From a virus, in IMG/VR virus record IMGVR_UViG_3300032805_000004, positions 1 through 64,000 of that record: a DNA stretch of 64,000 nucleotides; one strand, given 5' to 3'. Position numbers and translations under genes: made by a program. Positions within the stretch are counted from its first letter, which is position 1, and each line of letters starts with the position of its first letter. Below are positions 27,801 through 37,128 of this stretch, one piece after another. Under the pieces are notes generated by a model, which had not been told where the DNA came from, made no database searches, and saw only the letters and a program-made list of their open reading frames with translations.

Positions 27801-28257
27801 CCACCGCCCGCGCCAGCGGCCCGACCTGGCCTAGCTGCGAGACCGGGCGACGTACCTGCGGCGACGGCCGCTGGTAAGCGGTGACGACAGCGAATACGGG
27901 GAACGGGGCTGCGATACCGCCGCCGATGGTGCGGCTACGCGGTCCCAGCCGGGCCCGTGGCCGGGTCTGCAGCAGCGGGCGCCAGATGAACGGCTTCGGC
28001 CGCGACGGTGAGCCGAGTGGGGTGCTGATCGGGGATGCGACACCGCCGCCGGTGCGGCCGTAGCCGGTTACCGCGCGGGGCGCTGGGCGCCGTGTCCGCA
28101 GCGCTGGCGACACCGACTGGATCGTGATCGCCGGAACCGCCGGTTTGTAGACGGCGACACCGCCACCGCATTGGAACCTGCCGCCGACCTTCGCCCGGGA
28201 ACGTTTCGGCCGGGTGACATACAGCGGCGCTAGTGACAGCGGGTCGCCAGCGGCCAT
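24889..28257 (-). CDS. Large Pro/Arg-rich repeat protein of unknown function
   Basis: 1122 aa; high GC at codon position 3 in this frame; RBS; recurring RA.LGPRG..A.G.AS.IVTPLG and VVTAYQRP motifs. Confidence 0.75.
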   Translation of the reverse strand: MAAGDPLSLAPLYVTRPKRSRAKVGGRFQCGGGVAVYKPAVPAITIQSVSPALRTRRPAPRAVTGYGRTGGGVASPISTPLGSPSRPKPFIWRPLLQTRPRARLGPRSRTIGGGIAAPFPVFAVVTAYQRPSPQVRRPVSQLGQVGPLARAVGAGRSGVQTPLGAAATPKPFVFRSPAPARARCGPRGTVAAGVASHVVTPLGYPPQPAPRPVIVHLPPHRAKIGPGTFLAAGVASQIVTPLGFRQQPPPRPVFVHVPPARARLGLRGQAAGGVASAVSTPLGSPSQPAPRPVIQHLPPRRVLWRGVATRNYPSAVAALRTHPFIFRSPPAARARLGSNLACGDGLASQIVTPLGYPQPFISPIVFRSVIPARARIGRGVVAGGIAATAVTPPLGTPSRPKPFVFRSPAPARGRLGPRGLAASGIASAVATPLGSAPKPPPRPVIQHPPHRILWRGLATQNLPPVVTAYQRPPVQVKRPAPARAHLGPRGLPATGYASQIITPLGQIPPARKVPIFPPKTTRATAGRRTVGAGQIGLVNPSPYGTPARPYPFIFRSPAPARARTGARDALGAGIASRIVTPLGSTPPARKIPQFPPKITRAWTGHNPVAGGVRGLTNLPPGTAGPQFYPLHGPVTARLPVSPLPASGAAAAAPAATGGSGGPLSRYGRVFTSAVSPYQPAVTPGLPQPAGVRVVFLRAGHIQRSLVYPPIPPGVPQPTVPVVEYRPPVRVPRGLRGGLAGSAPPFIPVVTAYRRPPVQVKRPAPHRACLGPRGALAGGVASRIVTPVPPVVTAYQRIAPQIRRPAPARAWVGHGSTAGGIASYILRALGTPQPTVPVVEYRPPPPRRVLWYGAAGPAAPPPIPVTAYQRIAPQIRRPTPARAIWHGLAVAKPPVLGAPQPTVPIVEYRPPPPARAHTGPRPVHGPTNLPPAPPVVTAYQRPAPQVKRPSPARAQVGPRGQIAAGIASAIVTPLGSLPVLHRPLPPQAIRPAPHRVLWRGFASRVVTPPPPLGTPQPTVPIIRFQSPPARGVTIPHGITGPVNLPPPPPAAVPPPVTVLAAPAAPMTIVINPAAPMTIDVVFAPPMGVDVTPPGRIAPAAPAHIDPPGQQLITQQPAVLLRPA

Positions 28258-28290
28258 ACCTGCGCCCCCTCCCGCCCGGCTAGCGGGGGG

Positions 28291-29712
28291 TCATCTCCAC
28301 ATCGAGATCCCGCGTGTCATCGTCGTCACCGACGCCGCCGGGGCTGCGGTCGTGGAGAAGACGGCGACAAGCGCGGCCCCGTAGGCGGTGGTATCGGTGG
28401 AGAACTGGCCCTTGTCGTTGAGCGTCGCGCCGGAAGGCGGGCTGGCTGCCACACCGATGTAGGTCTGGCACACCGATGACACGTTGTTCCCGGACAGCAG
28501 CGCACCGAAGTAGCCCCCGGTGCCTGAGTCGGTCCATCCCCAGATACCCGCCGCCCGTTCCTGGCAGAACACGGCGATAGCGAACTCGCCGGCCGCTGCG
28601 ACGTTGCCGGTGGTGGTGGCGGTGAACGTGGCCGCAGCCAGCGTGGCGGTTGAGCTGCCGGAGGCGAACACGCCGGACGTGTCGATCGGGGTGGTCGTGT
28701 TCGCGGCGGTGAGCTCGAGCAGCATGCAGTCCATCGCCCCGGTGCCGGACAGGGTCGAGGTGAAGGTAGGTGCCGCGTCGTTGCCAAGGGCTGTCAGTGT
28801 CCAGATGGCGGCGCGGGCGTGCGCGGTCGTGGAGTTGGGTTCCTCGATGCCGTGACCGGCGGCCTGTGACCAGCTTGACGAGGTGGCCGTGGCGGTGCAG
28901 CTGGTGGCGGCGGCTACGGTGACGGCGGCGACTAGCAGGTTCCCGGCTGTGGTGGTGTGCCCGGCCCAGGAGCCGGTGACGCTGCCGGAGGTGGCGTGCA
29001 CGTTGACCGGAAGGTTCGCCACGGTGATGCCGGTACTCGCAGCCGGTACGGTAGCGGTCCACACGGACGCTGCCTGGTCGACGGCGGTGCTCGGGGCGAC
29101 GGCACGCTGGGTCCAGGTGAGGCCGCCGCCGCTGACCGTGGTGGTGATACCGGAACCGCCGCCGGAGCCGCCGACCACGACCATCGCGACGATAACCGAT
29201 CCGGCCGGGGGCAGGAACGTCGCGGTGGTGATGGACACCGAGCTGCCGTTGCTGGCTAGCGCCGGGGATGATGCGTCGACTACCGGGGTAGACGCGCCGG
29301 ATGGGGGGACTTCGTAGACGGCCCAGCTGGACTGGTCCGGGCTGCCGATGTTAGCGGACGCCCCGCAGGTGATGGGGGTACTCGCCGTGACGGTACCGGA
29401 GTAGTACCCGGAGCCGTATGCCCAGGTGTCGGTGGTGTTACCAAGATTCTGGTAGGCGGTGTTGTTCGCGGCGATGGTGAACGAGGGGGTGGCGCTTATG
29501 TTGTCTGCTGAGATCGCCCACACTGGCAGCGAGTTCGTGAAGTTCGGGGTGATAGTTCCTTGCGGTGCGGCGCCGGTGAGGGAAACCCCGGACGTGGAGG
29601 CCCCCCCGGCCTCGGTGGCTCCGGTCAGCACCCGCACCTCAAGGTAGACGCCTTTGTTGGCGCTGCTGCCGCTTTCAGCGGCGGTGACAGCCATGACCGT
29701 TGAGAAGCTCAC
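28291..29712 (-). CDS. Putative virion structural protein (two Thr/Ser-rich beta domains)
   Basis: 473 aa; paralogous modules in 32846-33649 and 10685-11677. Confidence 0.65.
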   Translation of the reverse strand: MSFSTVMAVTAAESGSSANKGVYLEVRVLTGATEAGGASTSGVSLTGAAPQGTITPNFTNSLPVWAISADNISATPSFTIAANNTAYQNLGNTTDTWAYGSGYYSGTVTASTPITCGASANIGSPDQSSWAVYEVPPSGASTPVVDASSPALASNGSSVSITTATFLPPAGSVIVAMVVVGGSGGGSGITTTVSGGGLTWTQRAVAPSTAVDQAASVWTATVPAASTGITVANLPVNVHATSGSVTGSWAGHTTTAGNLLVAAVTVAAATSCTATATSSSWSQAAGHGIEEPNSTTAHARAAIWTLTALGNDAAPTFTSTLSGTGAMDCMLLELTAANTTTPIDTSGVFASGSSTATLAAATFTATTTGNVAAAGEFAIAVFCQERAAGIWGWTDSGTGGYFGALLSGNNVSSVCQTYIGVAASPPSGATLNDKGQFSTDTTAYGAALVAVFSTTAAPAASVTTMTRGISMWR

Positions 29713-29726
29713 GCCGTCACCTTCAT

Positions 29727-31115
29727 CTAAGGTCCCCGCAGCACAAGAAGCCAGTCGGCCTCGCCCAGCGAGTTGGTGCCGGGATGGTTGTAGGTGGGTG
29801 CGATCGTCGCCGCTGTTGTCGCGCCGCTGACCGGGTCGATCCAGTGGGCGGTGTAGCCGCTGACCATCAGCGCCCCGTTGACGGTGATCGTCGCATTCGA
29901 CGGGATGTAGATCACCGCGAGGGTGCCGCCAGGTGTGATACTCGCCGTCACGTACGTATTGCCGCCGGTGTACTGGGTTCCGGCGCCGCCGGACTGGATC
30001 TGCGGGGCGTGGGTGCCCCGCCCGGCGGTCACCAGCGTGCTGCCGGTGTCTGGTACCAGCAGATGCCAGCCGGGCAGCGCACCGAACGTATTCCAGATGA
30101 TGTTCAGGTCCGAGTTGTCGAACTCGTTATTCGTCAAGTTCGCCAGCGCACTCGTGTCCCAGCCGTAGATGGACTCACGGCCATACAGGAAACCCCGCGA
30201 CCCCGAGCTCAGCGACCACCACTGCAGGATCCGGTTGAAGTCGCGGTACGTGTTGTCGCCGCCGTTGCCCTGGTCGTAGTAGCCGTCGGAGTGCAGCACC
30301 GTGATAGGTGACGCTTCCGTATAGGCGTATTCGAGGACGTCATAGCCGACATTGTAGGAGTAGCAGAAGTTGAAGTTCGCATACGCAGTACCCAGCGCAA
30401 ACACCGAGTTGTTGTAGCAGTCGAACCGGCTCGTTGATTCGTCGTAGTTTTCAACCGACACAAGATGTGTGTCACCAGTGTTTTTGATACCGGTAAGCAG
30501 CGCACCCAACTGGGTGTCATAGGTCCCGAAGTAATCTTCACCGACCGTCCAGATAATGTTCGGGTAGCCTTTGTACCGGTTCCCGAGCGCGGTGCCGTAG
30601 TTGGTGAACTGGCCGGTGGTCTTGTTGTACAGCGCCCCGCCGGAGTCGTCTAGTGACGTGGTGGTCCCGACGTTCATGAACACGGTCATGCCGTTGTTGC
30701 GAGCTGATGTCAGCAGGTAGTCGACCCGCGCCCAGTAGGCGTTTGTGAGCGTCCCCGGGTCCCCGCCAACGAACGGGAGGATCCCATCCCACGTTTCGCC
30801 GTTGACGTTCACGCCGCCGTGGACCGTGGTCGGCGGAACCGCTATCTCCGTGGCGTTGAAACCTTGTGAGGCGCGGATCGACATGTAGTTGTCGATGTCC
30901 GACTGCCAGGTGACCGAACCCCCCGCAGCGCCGGCGTTGACCGGCAGTGCCCAGACTGTGTCGGACCGGACCATTATCGGGTTGCTGTTGGCGTCGGTGA
31001 AGTATTTCGCCGCACCAGACCCCGCAGTCCCGGTGATAAACGACGGGCCGCTCACACCCTGCGGGGAGGCAGTGTTCACCGATGCGACCCAGGCCGGGTT
31101 CACTATTGGGCGCAT
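29727..31115 (-). CDS. DUF4038 (GH140/apiosidase-like) + collagen-binding-like domain protein, copy 2
   Basis: DT.W...Y...RASQGFN...YWARVDY...YG..LGNRYK.YPN.IW..G.D; C-terminal WIDP..G...DWLLVL. Confidence 0.8.
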   Translation of the reverse strand: MRPIVNPAWVASVNTASPQGVSGPSFITGTAGSGAAKYFTDANSNPIMVRSDTVWALPVNAGAAGGSVTWQSDIDNYMSIRASQGFNATEIAVPPTTVHGGVNVNGETWDGILPFVGGDPGTLTNAYWARVDYLLTSARNNGMTVFMNVGTTTSLDDSGGALYNKTTGQFTNYGTALGNRYKGYPNIIWTVGEDYFGTYDTQLGALLTGIKNTGDTHLVSVENYDESTSRFDCYNNSVFALGTAYANFNFCYSYNVGYDVLEYAYTEASPITVLHSDGYYDQGNGGDNTYRDFNRILQWWSLSSGSRGFLYGRESIYGWDTSALANLTNNEFDNSDLNIIWNTFGALPGWHLLVPDTGSTLVTAGRGTHAPQIQSGGAGTQYTGGNTYVTASITPGGTLAVIYIPSNATITVNGALMVSGYTAHWIDPVSGATTAATIAPTYNHPGTNSLGEADWLLVLRGP

Positions 31116-31118
31116 GGT

Positions 31119-32849
31119 TTAGCCGCAGACCACGACGGCGGTCCACACCCCGGCGTAGCCGCTGACAGTTGCAGACGACGAATAGTTCACCGTCAGCGAC
31201 ACGTAGTCGACGGATTCGGTCGCCCCGGCAGATGCGGTGCCCTGATGCCCGAAGATCCGCACCCGCAAGGTGGCGAGCTGGCTGTAGCTGACCCCGGTAA
31301 ACGTGGCGGTTGACACGTTCGAGCTGGAAGTAGACGCCGTCCCGGTCTGGGTGGTGCCGATCTGCGCCGTGCCGGCGTCCCACAGCTGGAAGGTGCACGC
31401 CCCCATCGCCGACGTGGACTGGAACTCGCCGATGCTGACAGTGACCGAGTTGATGATCGAGGTGGAGTCGATCCCAGCGAAGCTGCCGAACCCGGATACC
31501 TCAAGGGCCGGGGAGGTTTCCGGGACGGTGGACTGCAAAACCAGCAGCCAGTCCGCGGCGCCTGCCGAGTTGGTGCCGGAATGGTTGTAGGTGGAGGCTT
31601 TGGTGGCTGTTGTCACTGCGCCGTTGACCGGATCGATCCACTTTGCGACGTAAGGTTTGGCCATCTGGGTGTCGCTGACCGTGATCGTCGCGTTTGACGG
31701 GATGTAGATCACGGCGAGGGTGCCGTCGGCGGTGATGCCTGCCGTGACGTAGGTGTTTCCGCCGGTGTACTGGGTTCCGGCGCCGCCGGAGGCGATCATC
31801 GCTTTGTGGGTGCCCCGCCCGGCGGTCACCAGCGTGCTGCCGGTGTCTGGTACCAGCAGATGCCAGCCGGGCAGGCTGGCGAATGTGTTCCAGATGGTGT
31901 TCAGGTCGGAGTTGTCGAACGTGTTGTTCGTCAGGTTGGTGAGGGCGCTGGTGTCCCAGCCGTAGATGGCTTCGCGGCCGTAGAGGAAACCGCGTGATCC
32001 GGAGCTGAGAGACCACCACAGCAGGTTACGGCAGAACGAGCGATAGGTATTATCGCCAGCGTTGCCCTGATCATAGTAGCCGTCGGAGTGCAGCACCGTC
32101 AGCGGTGACGCCTCACCGTAGGCGTATTCGATGACGTTATAACCGGTGTTGTATGAGTAGCAGGTGTTGTACTGCGCGTAGGTGGTGCCCCATGCCATCA
32201 CGTTGTTGTTGTAAATGTCGAAACGGCTGGTTGACTCGTCGTAGTTTTCGATTGACACCATGTGCGTGTCACCGCTGCTACGGATACCTGTCAGCAACGC
32301 GGTCAGCCGCGAGTCGTAGGTGCCGAAGTAGTCTTCGCCGACGATCCAGATGACATTCGGGTATGTTTTGTACCGGTTCCCGAGCGCGGTGCCGTAATTC
32401 TGGAACTGGGTGGTTGTCTTGTTGTACAGCGCCCCGCCGGAATTATCAATGGCGGTGGTAGTGGCGACGTTCATGAACACGGTCATGTTCTGGTTCTGCG
32501 CCGACGTCAGCAAGTAGTCGACCCGGGCCCAGTAGCCAGAAGTCAAAGATCCCGGGTTGCCGCTGGCAAACGGCAGGATCCCGTCCCACGTTTCGCCGTT
32601 GTCGCTGACAGCGCCATGCACACTGGTCGGCGGCACTGCGATCTCGGTGGCGTTGAAACCCTGCGACGCCCGCGTCGACATGTAGTTGTCAATATCATTC
32701 TGCCAGGTGACCGCGCCGCCTGCCGCGCCCGCATTCACCGGCAGCGCCCACACCGTATCGGCCCGGACCATGATTGGGTTGCTGGAGCCGTCGGTGAAGT
32801 ACTGGCCGGTGCCCGATCCAGCGGTTCCGGTGATGAACGGCCCGCTCAC
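31119..32849 (-). CDS. DUF4038 (GH140/apiosidase-like) + collagen-binding-like domain protein, copy 1, with extra C-terminal beta domain
   Basis: Same motifs; highly similar to the downstream paralog. Confidence 0.8.
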   Translation of the reverse strand: MSGPFITGTAGSGTGQYFTDGSSNPIMVRADTVWALPVNAGAAGGAVTWQNDIDNYMSTRASQGFNATEIAVPPTSVHGAVSDNGETWDGILPFASGNPGSLTSGYWARVDYLLTSAQNQNMTVFMNVATTTAIDNSGGALYNKTTTQFQNYGTALGNRYKTYPNVIWIVGEDYFGTYDSRLTALLTGIRSSGDTHMVSIENYDESTSRFDIYNNNVMAWGTTYAQYNTCYSYNTGYNVIEYAYGEASPLTVLHSDGYYDQGNAGDNTYRSFCRNLLWWSLSSGSRGFLYGREAIYGWDTSALTNLTNNTFDNSDLNTIWNTFASLPGWHLLVPDTGSTLVTAGRGTHKAMIASGGAGTQYTGGNTYVTAGITADGTLAVIYIPSNATITVSDTQMAKPYVAKWIDPVNGAVTTATKASTYNHSGTNSAGAADWLLVLQSTVPETSPALEVSGFGSFAGIDSTSIINSVTVSIGEFQSTSAMGACTFQLWDAGTAQIGTTQTGTASTSSSNVSTATFTGVSYSQLATLRVRIFGHQGTASAGATESVDYVSLTVNYSSSATVSGYAGVWTAVVVCG

Positions 32850-33649
32850 ACCACAGTCCAGACCGCGTAGGAGCCGTCACCGGGACCGTCCGCGTTCGTA
32901 GGGTTCGTCCAGGTGCCGGAGCCACCCGCCAGGCCGGTGGCTGACCCGCCATAGTTGGGGCCAGCGTTCTGGGGCCCGGTGGAACCGCCCCATTTCATCT
33001 GCTCAACCCAGGTCAGGGAACCGTTGTCGTCGGTCACCTGCACACTGACGTTGGAGCCGGCGGTGGCGACCTGGGCGATCAGCAGCGCCCCCATCGGCGG
33101 CTGGAAACGGGCAGTGGATACCGTCGTCGCCGCAGCGGTAGAAACCGGCGACGGGCTAGACGCATCCTCGGCGAGCGTGCCGGTGGCGCGGATCTCCACG
33201 GCCGTGATCCCACCACCCGACGTGCCGTCCCCGTTGGTAGCGCCAACAGTGATCGGGGTGCTGGCGGTCGTCGTACCGGTCGAGCGGAATGTGCCGTAGG
33301 CGGCGCTGTTGGTGGAGTCCGCGACGTTCTGGGTGAACGTGGACCCGGTCATCGCTGTCCAGGCGGTGGCCGTGTCGGTGCGGTTCGCCGCCCCGTACAC
33401 CCATGATCCGGTGCCGTCCGGGGTGACCGTTACCTCAGCGGGTGCATAGGCGCTGTTGCTTCCGGCCGCTCCGGGCAGCAGGGCGTACTGGTAACTGCTG
33501 GGGCCTATGTCGATGATGGCCGCGCCGGTGACTACCTTGACGGTGAGCACCATCCCGTTGTGCGTACCGGAACCGGTCTGGGTGGCGGTGACCACCGGGG
33601 CGACAGCGTTGCACTGCCGCCACGGCATGATATGGATCCCGCCGATCAC
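32846..33649 (-). CDS. Putative virion structural protein
   Basis: 267 aa; paralog of the 28291 N-terminal domain; C-terminal WTNPTNADG motif. Confidence 0.6.
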   Translation of the reverse strand: MIGGIHIMPWRQCNAVAPVVTATQTGSGTHNGMVLTVKVVTGAAIIDIGPSSYQYALLPGAAGSNSAYAPAEVTVTPDGTGSWVYGAANRTDTATAWTAMTGSTFTQNVADSTNSAAYGTFRSTGTTTASTPITVGATNGDGTSGGGITAVEIRATGTLAEDASSPSPVSTAAATTVSTARFQPPMGALLIAQVATAGSNVSVQVTDDNGSLTWVEQMKWGGSTGPQNAGPNYGGSATGLAGGSGTWTNPTNADGPGDGSYAVWTVV

Positions 33650-33659
33650 GGCAGCCTCC

Positions 33660-34271
33660 TTATCCGACGGCCACGTCGATCCAGAAGTTCCCTGACGAGC
33701 TACCCGTCGACGGGTAGTTCACGGTCGGATCCGAACCGGCGGTGCCGAATGAGCCCTGCGCGCCGCCGAACGGGTCCGGGGTGGTGCCGCTGGAATCGGA
33801 GTAGGCGAACAGCGGCCCGCTGGTGATCCCCGCATAGTACGGTTCAGGGAACCCGCCGAACTGGTTCCCGGTGAACGGGAAATAGTTGCTGAACCCGGTG
33901 ACCGCCTTGTACTCGGTGCCCGAGGTCAGCGGGACCGGCGTCAGATACGGCACATAGTTCCATTGCCCGATGCTCAATACCCCAGACGAAACTGCCGAGC
34001 CGGCGACGAAACTGCCAGCGGAGACACTGGTGACTGTCCACAGGCCGAAGTTCTGCGCCGCGACGGACTGGTTCGCATCAGCGACCCACCAGTTGAATCC
34101 CCGCAGCGACAGCCCGCTAGAAGTGACTTTGAACGCGACACCGACCGTGATCGCCCCGAAGTAGGAGGTGGACGCCGCCGGGCCGCTCACGGACGAGAAA
34201 AGAGAAAAGGTAGGTATCGGCGCCGGTGGCTGCACGTGGGCGACATACACCGGGTTCATGGCAGTTCTCAT
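33660..34271 (-). CDS. DUF4082-like carbohydrate-binding protein
   Basis: TVGVAFKV...GQWNYV....PVPLTSG..Y...NFWIDV. Confidence 0.7.
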   Translation of the reverse strand: MRTAMNPVYVAHVQPPAPIPTFSLFSSVSGPAASTSYFGAITVGVAFKVTSSGLSLRGFNWWVADANQSVAAQNFGLWTVTSVSAGSFVAGSAVSSGVLSIGQWNYVPYLTPVPLTSGTEYKAVTGFSNYFPFTGNQFGGFPEPYYAGITSGPLFAYSDSSGTTPDPFGGAQGSFGTAGSDPTVNYPSTGSSSGNFWIDVAVG

Positions 34272-34281
34272 CGCATCCGCC

Positions 34282-35916
34282 TCAACGCCGCCCGGCCCGG
34301 TTCGGCACCGTAACCGGCGGCTGAGCAGGACCCGGCCAGCCGCCCCTAGCGGGCGGCGGCGGGCTGGAGTTCAGAATGCTCCCCGCGTCCTGGCTGGACG
34401 GCGGCGCCTGCCACATCGGCCACGGCAGCGGGGCGCTGCCGAGCTCGTGTGACATGTACAGCCACGGCCCGTTGTAGACGTTGCCGGAGAACACGTTGTT
34501 CTGGTTGTAGGTGATGTTGTTCTCGACGAACTGGCCTGTGTACGGCGGGTAGGTACCCGATTCGGAGAACACCCCGTTGAAGCCGCAGAAACCGGGTGTC
34601 GGGTTGCAGCCTGATCCGATCACCGACGGGGTGAAGTTGAATACGTTGCCGGAGACGGTCACGTTCTGCGTCTTCCACCGGCAGTCGTCGATGTAGGGCG
34701 TCATGGCCAGATCGGTCGCGTTCGCACAGGTGGTGAGGGTGGCCACGGTGGGGTTGACCAGGGTGCAGTAGCCGGTGGAGGTGTTCGCCGAACTTGAGCA
34801 GTACCGGTTAGCGTTCTCCCACAAGACAACACCGCCCCAGTTGTCAGTGAACGAATTGTTCGTGACATCCATCGCTGTATAGCCGAACGCGTTCGGTGCC
34901 CGGCTGTCGAACCCCGACTCGGAAATATAGACCGCAGAGCTGGGGAAACCGGTTCCGGCGTTACCGCTGCCCCAGGCGTTGTCCACAAACGTGTTGTCGT
35001 TGATCAGCGCGTTGTAGCTGATCTCATAAATGATCCCCGGCCCCCAGTTGCCGCTGATGTAGTTGTTCTCGAAGTCGAATCCGGAGTTGTCGGTGTCCGC
35101 CCACAGCCCGGTCGACAGGTTGTCATGCACGTAGTTGCTGGTGACAGTCACGTCGTAGGCGTCCCAGAACTTCCCGCCGCCGGTGCAGCCGCAGCCCGGC
35201 TGGACGGTTTCCCAGTCGTAGGTATCGTTGTGGTCGATCTCGTTGTGGTCGATCGTCACCCCGGACGGCCCGGCCGCCGAATACACCTGAAACCCGTACT
35301 GCTGGTTGTCTTTCAGGCAGTTATAGCTGGCGCTGTCGCCGGAGCCGAGGAACAGCCCGGCGCCGGCGTTGTCCCGGATCGTGTTGTACTCGAACACCCA
35401 TCCGACGCCGGAGTCATGGTTGACGACACCTTCGTTCTGGTCACTGCCCCATGTGCCGAAATTCTGGATCGTCAGGTAGGTGATCGTCACATCCGTGGAG
35501 CCGCCGACGAACGCGTACAGGTTGGTCTGCTTACCGTCGATGACAGCACCGGGCGCGCCCGTGAACGTTGATCCTGAGCCTGGGTTGATCTGCGAGAACG
35601 CGCCTGTGCCGAGGGTGTGGGTGCCCGGCGCGAACCAGTAGGTGGTCGATGCCAAGCTGAAGTTGACACCGGAGTCATCCCCGGCTGGGACGGTCACCGC
35701 ACCACCCGGCGGGGTGACGGGGCCGCCGCCGAGGATTGCCGGGTTCCCGCAGATCACCGGGGACCGCGACGACGGCGCCGGCATGTGCGCCTGCGTATGC
35801 ACGAACAGCAGGATCAGCGCGACCGAGGTAGCGACCGCGGCCAGGTCCCGCATCAGCCCCAGGCCGTACCGCCGCACTAGCCACGTAACGATGAGCGCTA
35901 CTCGCTGAACACGCAT
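34282..35916 (-). CDS. Right-handed parallel beta-helix (pectate lyase-like) protein with N-terminal hydrophobic segment
   Basis: GAVIDG, NTIRDNAGAG, GGGKFW, NYVHDN..GLWADTDN, GIIYEISYN repeats; start uncertain. Confidence 0.8.
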   Translation of the reverse strand: MRVQRVALIVTWLVRRYGLGLMRDLAAVATSVALILLFVHTQAHMPAPSSRSPVICGNPAILGGGPVTPPGGAVTVPAGDDSGVNFSLASTTYWFAPGTHTLGTGAFSQINPGSGSTFTGAPGAVIDGKQTNLYAFVGGSTDVTITYLTIQNFGTWGSDQNEGVVNHDSGVGWVFEYNTIRDNAGAGLFLGSGDSASYNCLKDNQQYGFQVYSAAGPSGVTIDHNEIDHNDTYDWETVQPGCGCTGGGKFWDAYDVTVTSNYVHDNLSTGLWADTDNSGFDFENNYISGNWGPGIIYEISYNALINDNTFVDNAWGSGNAGTGFPSSAVYISESGFDSRAPNAFGYTAMDVTNNSFTDNWGGVVLWENANRYCSSSANTSTGYCTLVNPTVATLTTCANATDLAMTPYIDDCRWKTQNVTVSGNVFNFTPSVIGSGCNPTPGFCGFNGVFSESGTYPPYTGQFVENNITYNQNNVFSGNVYNGPWLYMSHELGSAPLPWPMWQAPPSSQDAGSILNSSPPPPARGGWPGPAQPPVTVPNRAGRR

Positions 35917-36398
35917 TCGATGCTGAACTCGGTGGATGTCCCAGCGGCCGAGCAGGTCAGGAAGATCGCCGCATATGCTGCCGCGCCGGAGCTGCTGGTC
36001 GGGCCGATGCGCCATTCACTTCCGGGGGTGACCCATTCGGCCCAGTTCGCCCCTGCGGTGAACGGCAGCACCTGCCCCCACAGGATGGTTCCGAATGTGG
36101 GGGCCAGCGACCAGGACGCGATCGTCCACGCCGTGTTCGCGGCGATGTCGGCCGGGTTATGCGGCCGCGGTATCACCCCGGTCCCGCCGGTTGGGCTGTT
36201 TCCGGCGCGGGCGAGGTAGCACTGCACGGTCCCGTTCGGTGGGTAGGAGACGCCAGAGCCGGAGAAGGTGCCGATGCGGATGGCCTGAATGTCGCAGATG
36301 GCGGTGGTGGTGGTGGTGACCAGCAACATCGGGGTCTGCGCGGTGGAGGCGAGAGTGATCTGCCCTGAGTCGACTGTGTAGGTTCTGCCAAGCGGCAA
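35898..36398 (-). CDS. Putative structural protein, paralog of 42321-42809
   Basis: ILWGQVLPFTAGANWAEWVTPGSEW vs VLWEQELPQTTGSSWEEFPPAGYEW. Confidence 0.65.
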   Translation of the reverse strand: MPLGRTYTVDSGQITLASTAQTPMLLVTTTTTAICDIQAIRIGTFSGSGVSYPPNGTVQCYLARAGNSPTGGTGVIPRPHNPADIAANTAWTIASWSLAPTFGTILWGQVLPFTAGANWAEWVTPGSEWRIGPTSSSGAAAYAAIFLTCSAAGTSTEFSIECVFSE

Positions 36399-36413
36399 CG
36401 GACTGCCTCCTTG

Positions 36414-37115
36414 CTAAGTCCCGGATGCGACCTTGCGCAGTGCCCGGACGGTGGCCACGTCGGCTTCCATCCGTTCGGCCCGCCACGTCTCGTACGCCTG
36501 CTTGTCAGCTGGCACGCCTTCGAACGCCTCCCAGTAGGTGGCATCGAACTGGCTGCGGCCTGCGGCGGGATGGTTGTGCCGCACTGTCACGTCCGGCAGG
36601 TAGGCGAGGCAGTCGGCTTCGCGGCCGATGACGGTGATGACCTCGTCGACCCACCAGTGCTTCAGAGTCGGTTCGCACATCCAGCCGAGCGCGCGGACGA
36701 TGTCGGCGGACATGACCCAGGCTTCGCCGACGTCGTCGCGGATCCCGTCGTCGGGGTAGGCGATGCCGGTGCCGCCCATGCCGGCGATCGCATCTAGCAG
36801 CGACTTGTCCCAGCCGTGGGTCTGCGGCACGTGGTCATCACCGAACGACGCGAGGGCCCGGTAGTCGACGGCGAAAGTAGCGGCGAGCTCATTCGTCCAC
36901 GCGCCGAGCCCTTTACGGGGGGCGGTGACGACGATGACTGGTACCTGCGCGGAATGCGCGGCGCTGATCGACTTCTGGAGGTCGGGGTCGTCGTTGTCGA
37001 AACCGAACACGATGTCGGTCTGGGCGGTAGATGTCGCGGCGACGGCGCGGACGAAGCGGGCCACGTTGCCGGGCCTGCCCCGTGAAGGGACGATCACGAG
37101 GAGGTCACGTGGCAT
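36414..37115 (-). CDS. GT-A (family 2-like) glycosyltransferase
   Basis: LLVIVPSRGRP; FGDDH (DxD-like); HWWVD; ATG 37115. Confidence 0.8.
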   Translation of the reverse strand: MPRDLLVIVPSRGRPGNVARFVRAVAATSTAQTDIVFGFDNDDPDLQKSISAAHSAQVPVIVVTAPRKGLGAWTNELAATFAVDYRALASFGDDHVPQTHGWDKSLLDAIAGMGGTGIAYPDDGIRDDVGEAWVMSADIVRALGWMCEPTLKHWWVDEVITVIGREADCLAYLPDVTVRHNHPAAGRSQFDATYWEAFEGVPADKQAYETWRAERMEADVATVRALRKVASGT

Positions 37116-37121
37116 TAGCCT
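37116..37121 (+). promoter_or_regulatory. -10 element TAGCCT for leaderless transcription of the NDP-sugar cassette
   Basis: TAnnnT 7 nt before GTG 37129; no RBS on the plus strand. Confidence 0.5.
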
Positions 37122-37128
37122 TCTTCCT

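Noticed and set aside
29727-32849. Diversity-generating retroelement TR/VR pair
   Set aside because: Whole-gene paralogy, differences are not adenine-specific, and no reverse transcriptase is in the window.
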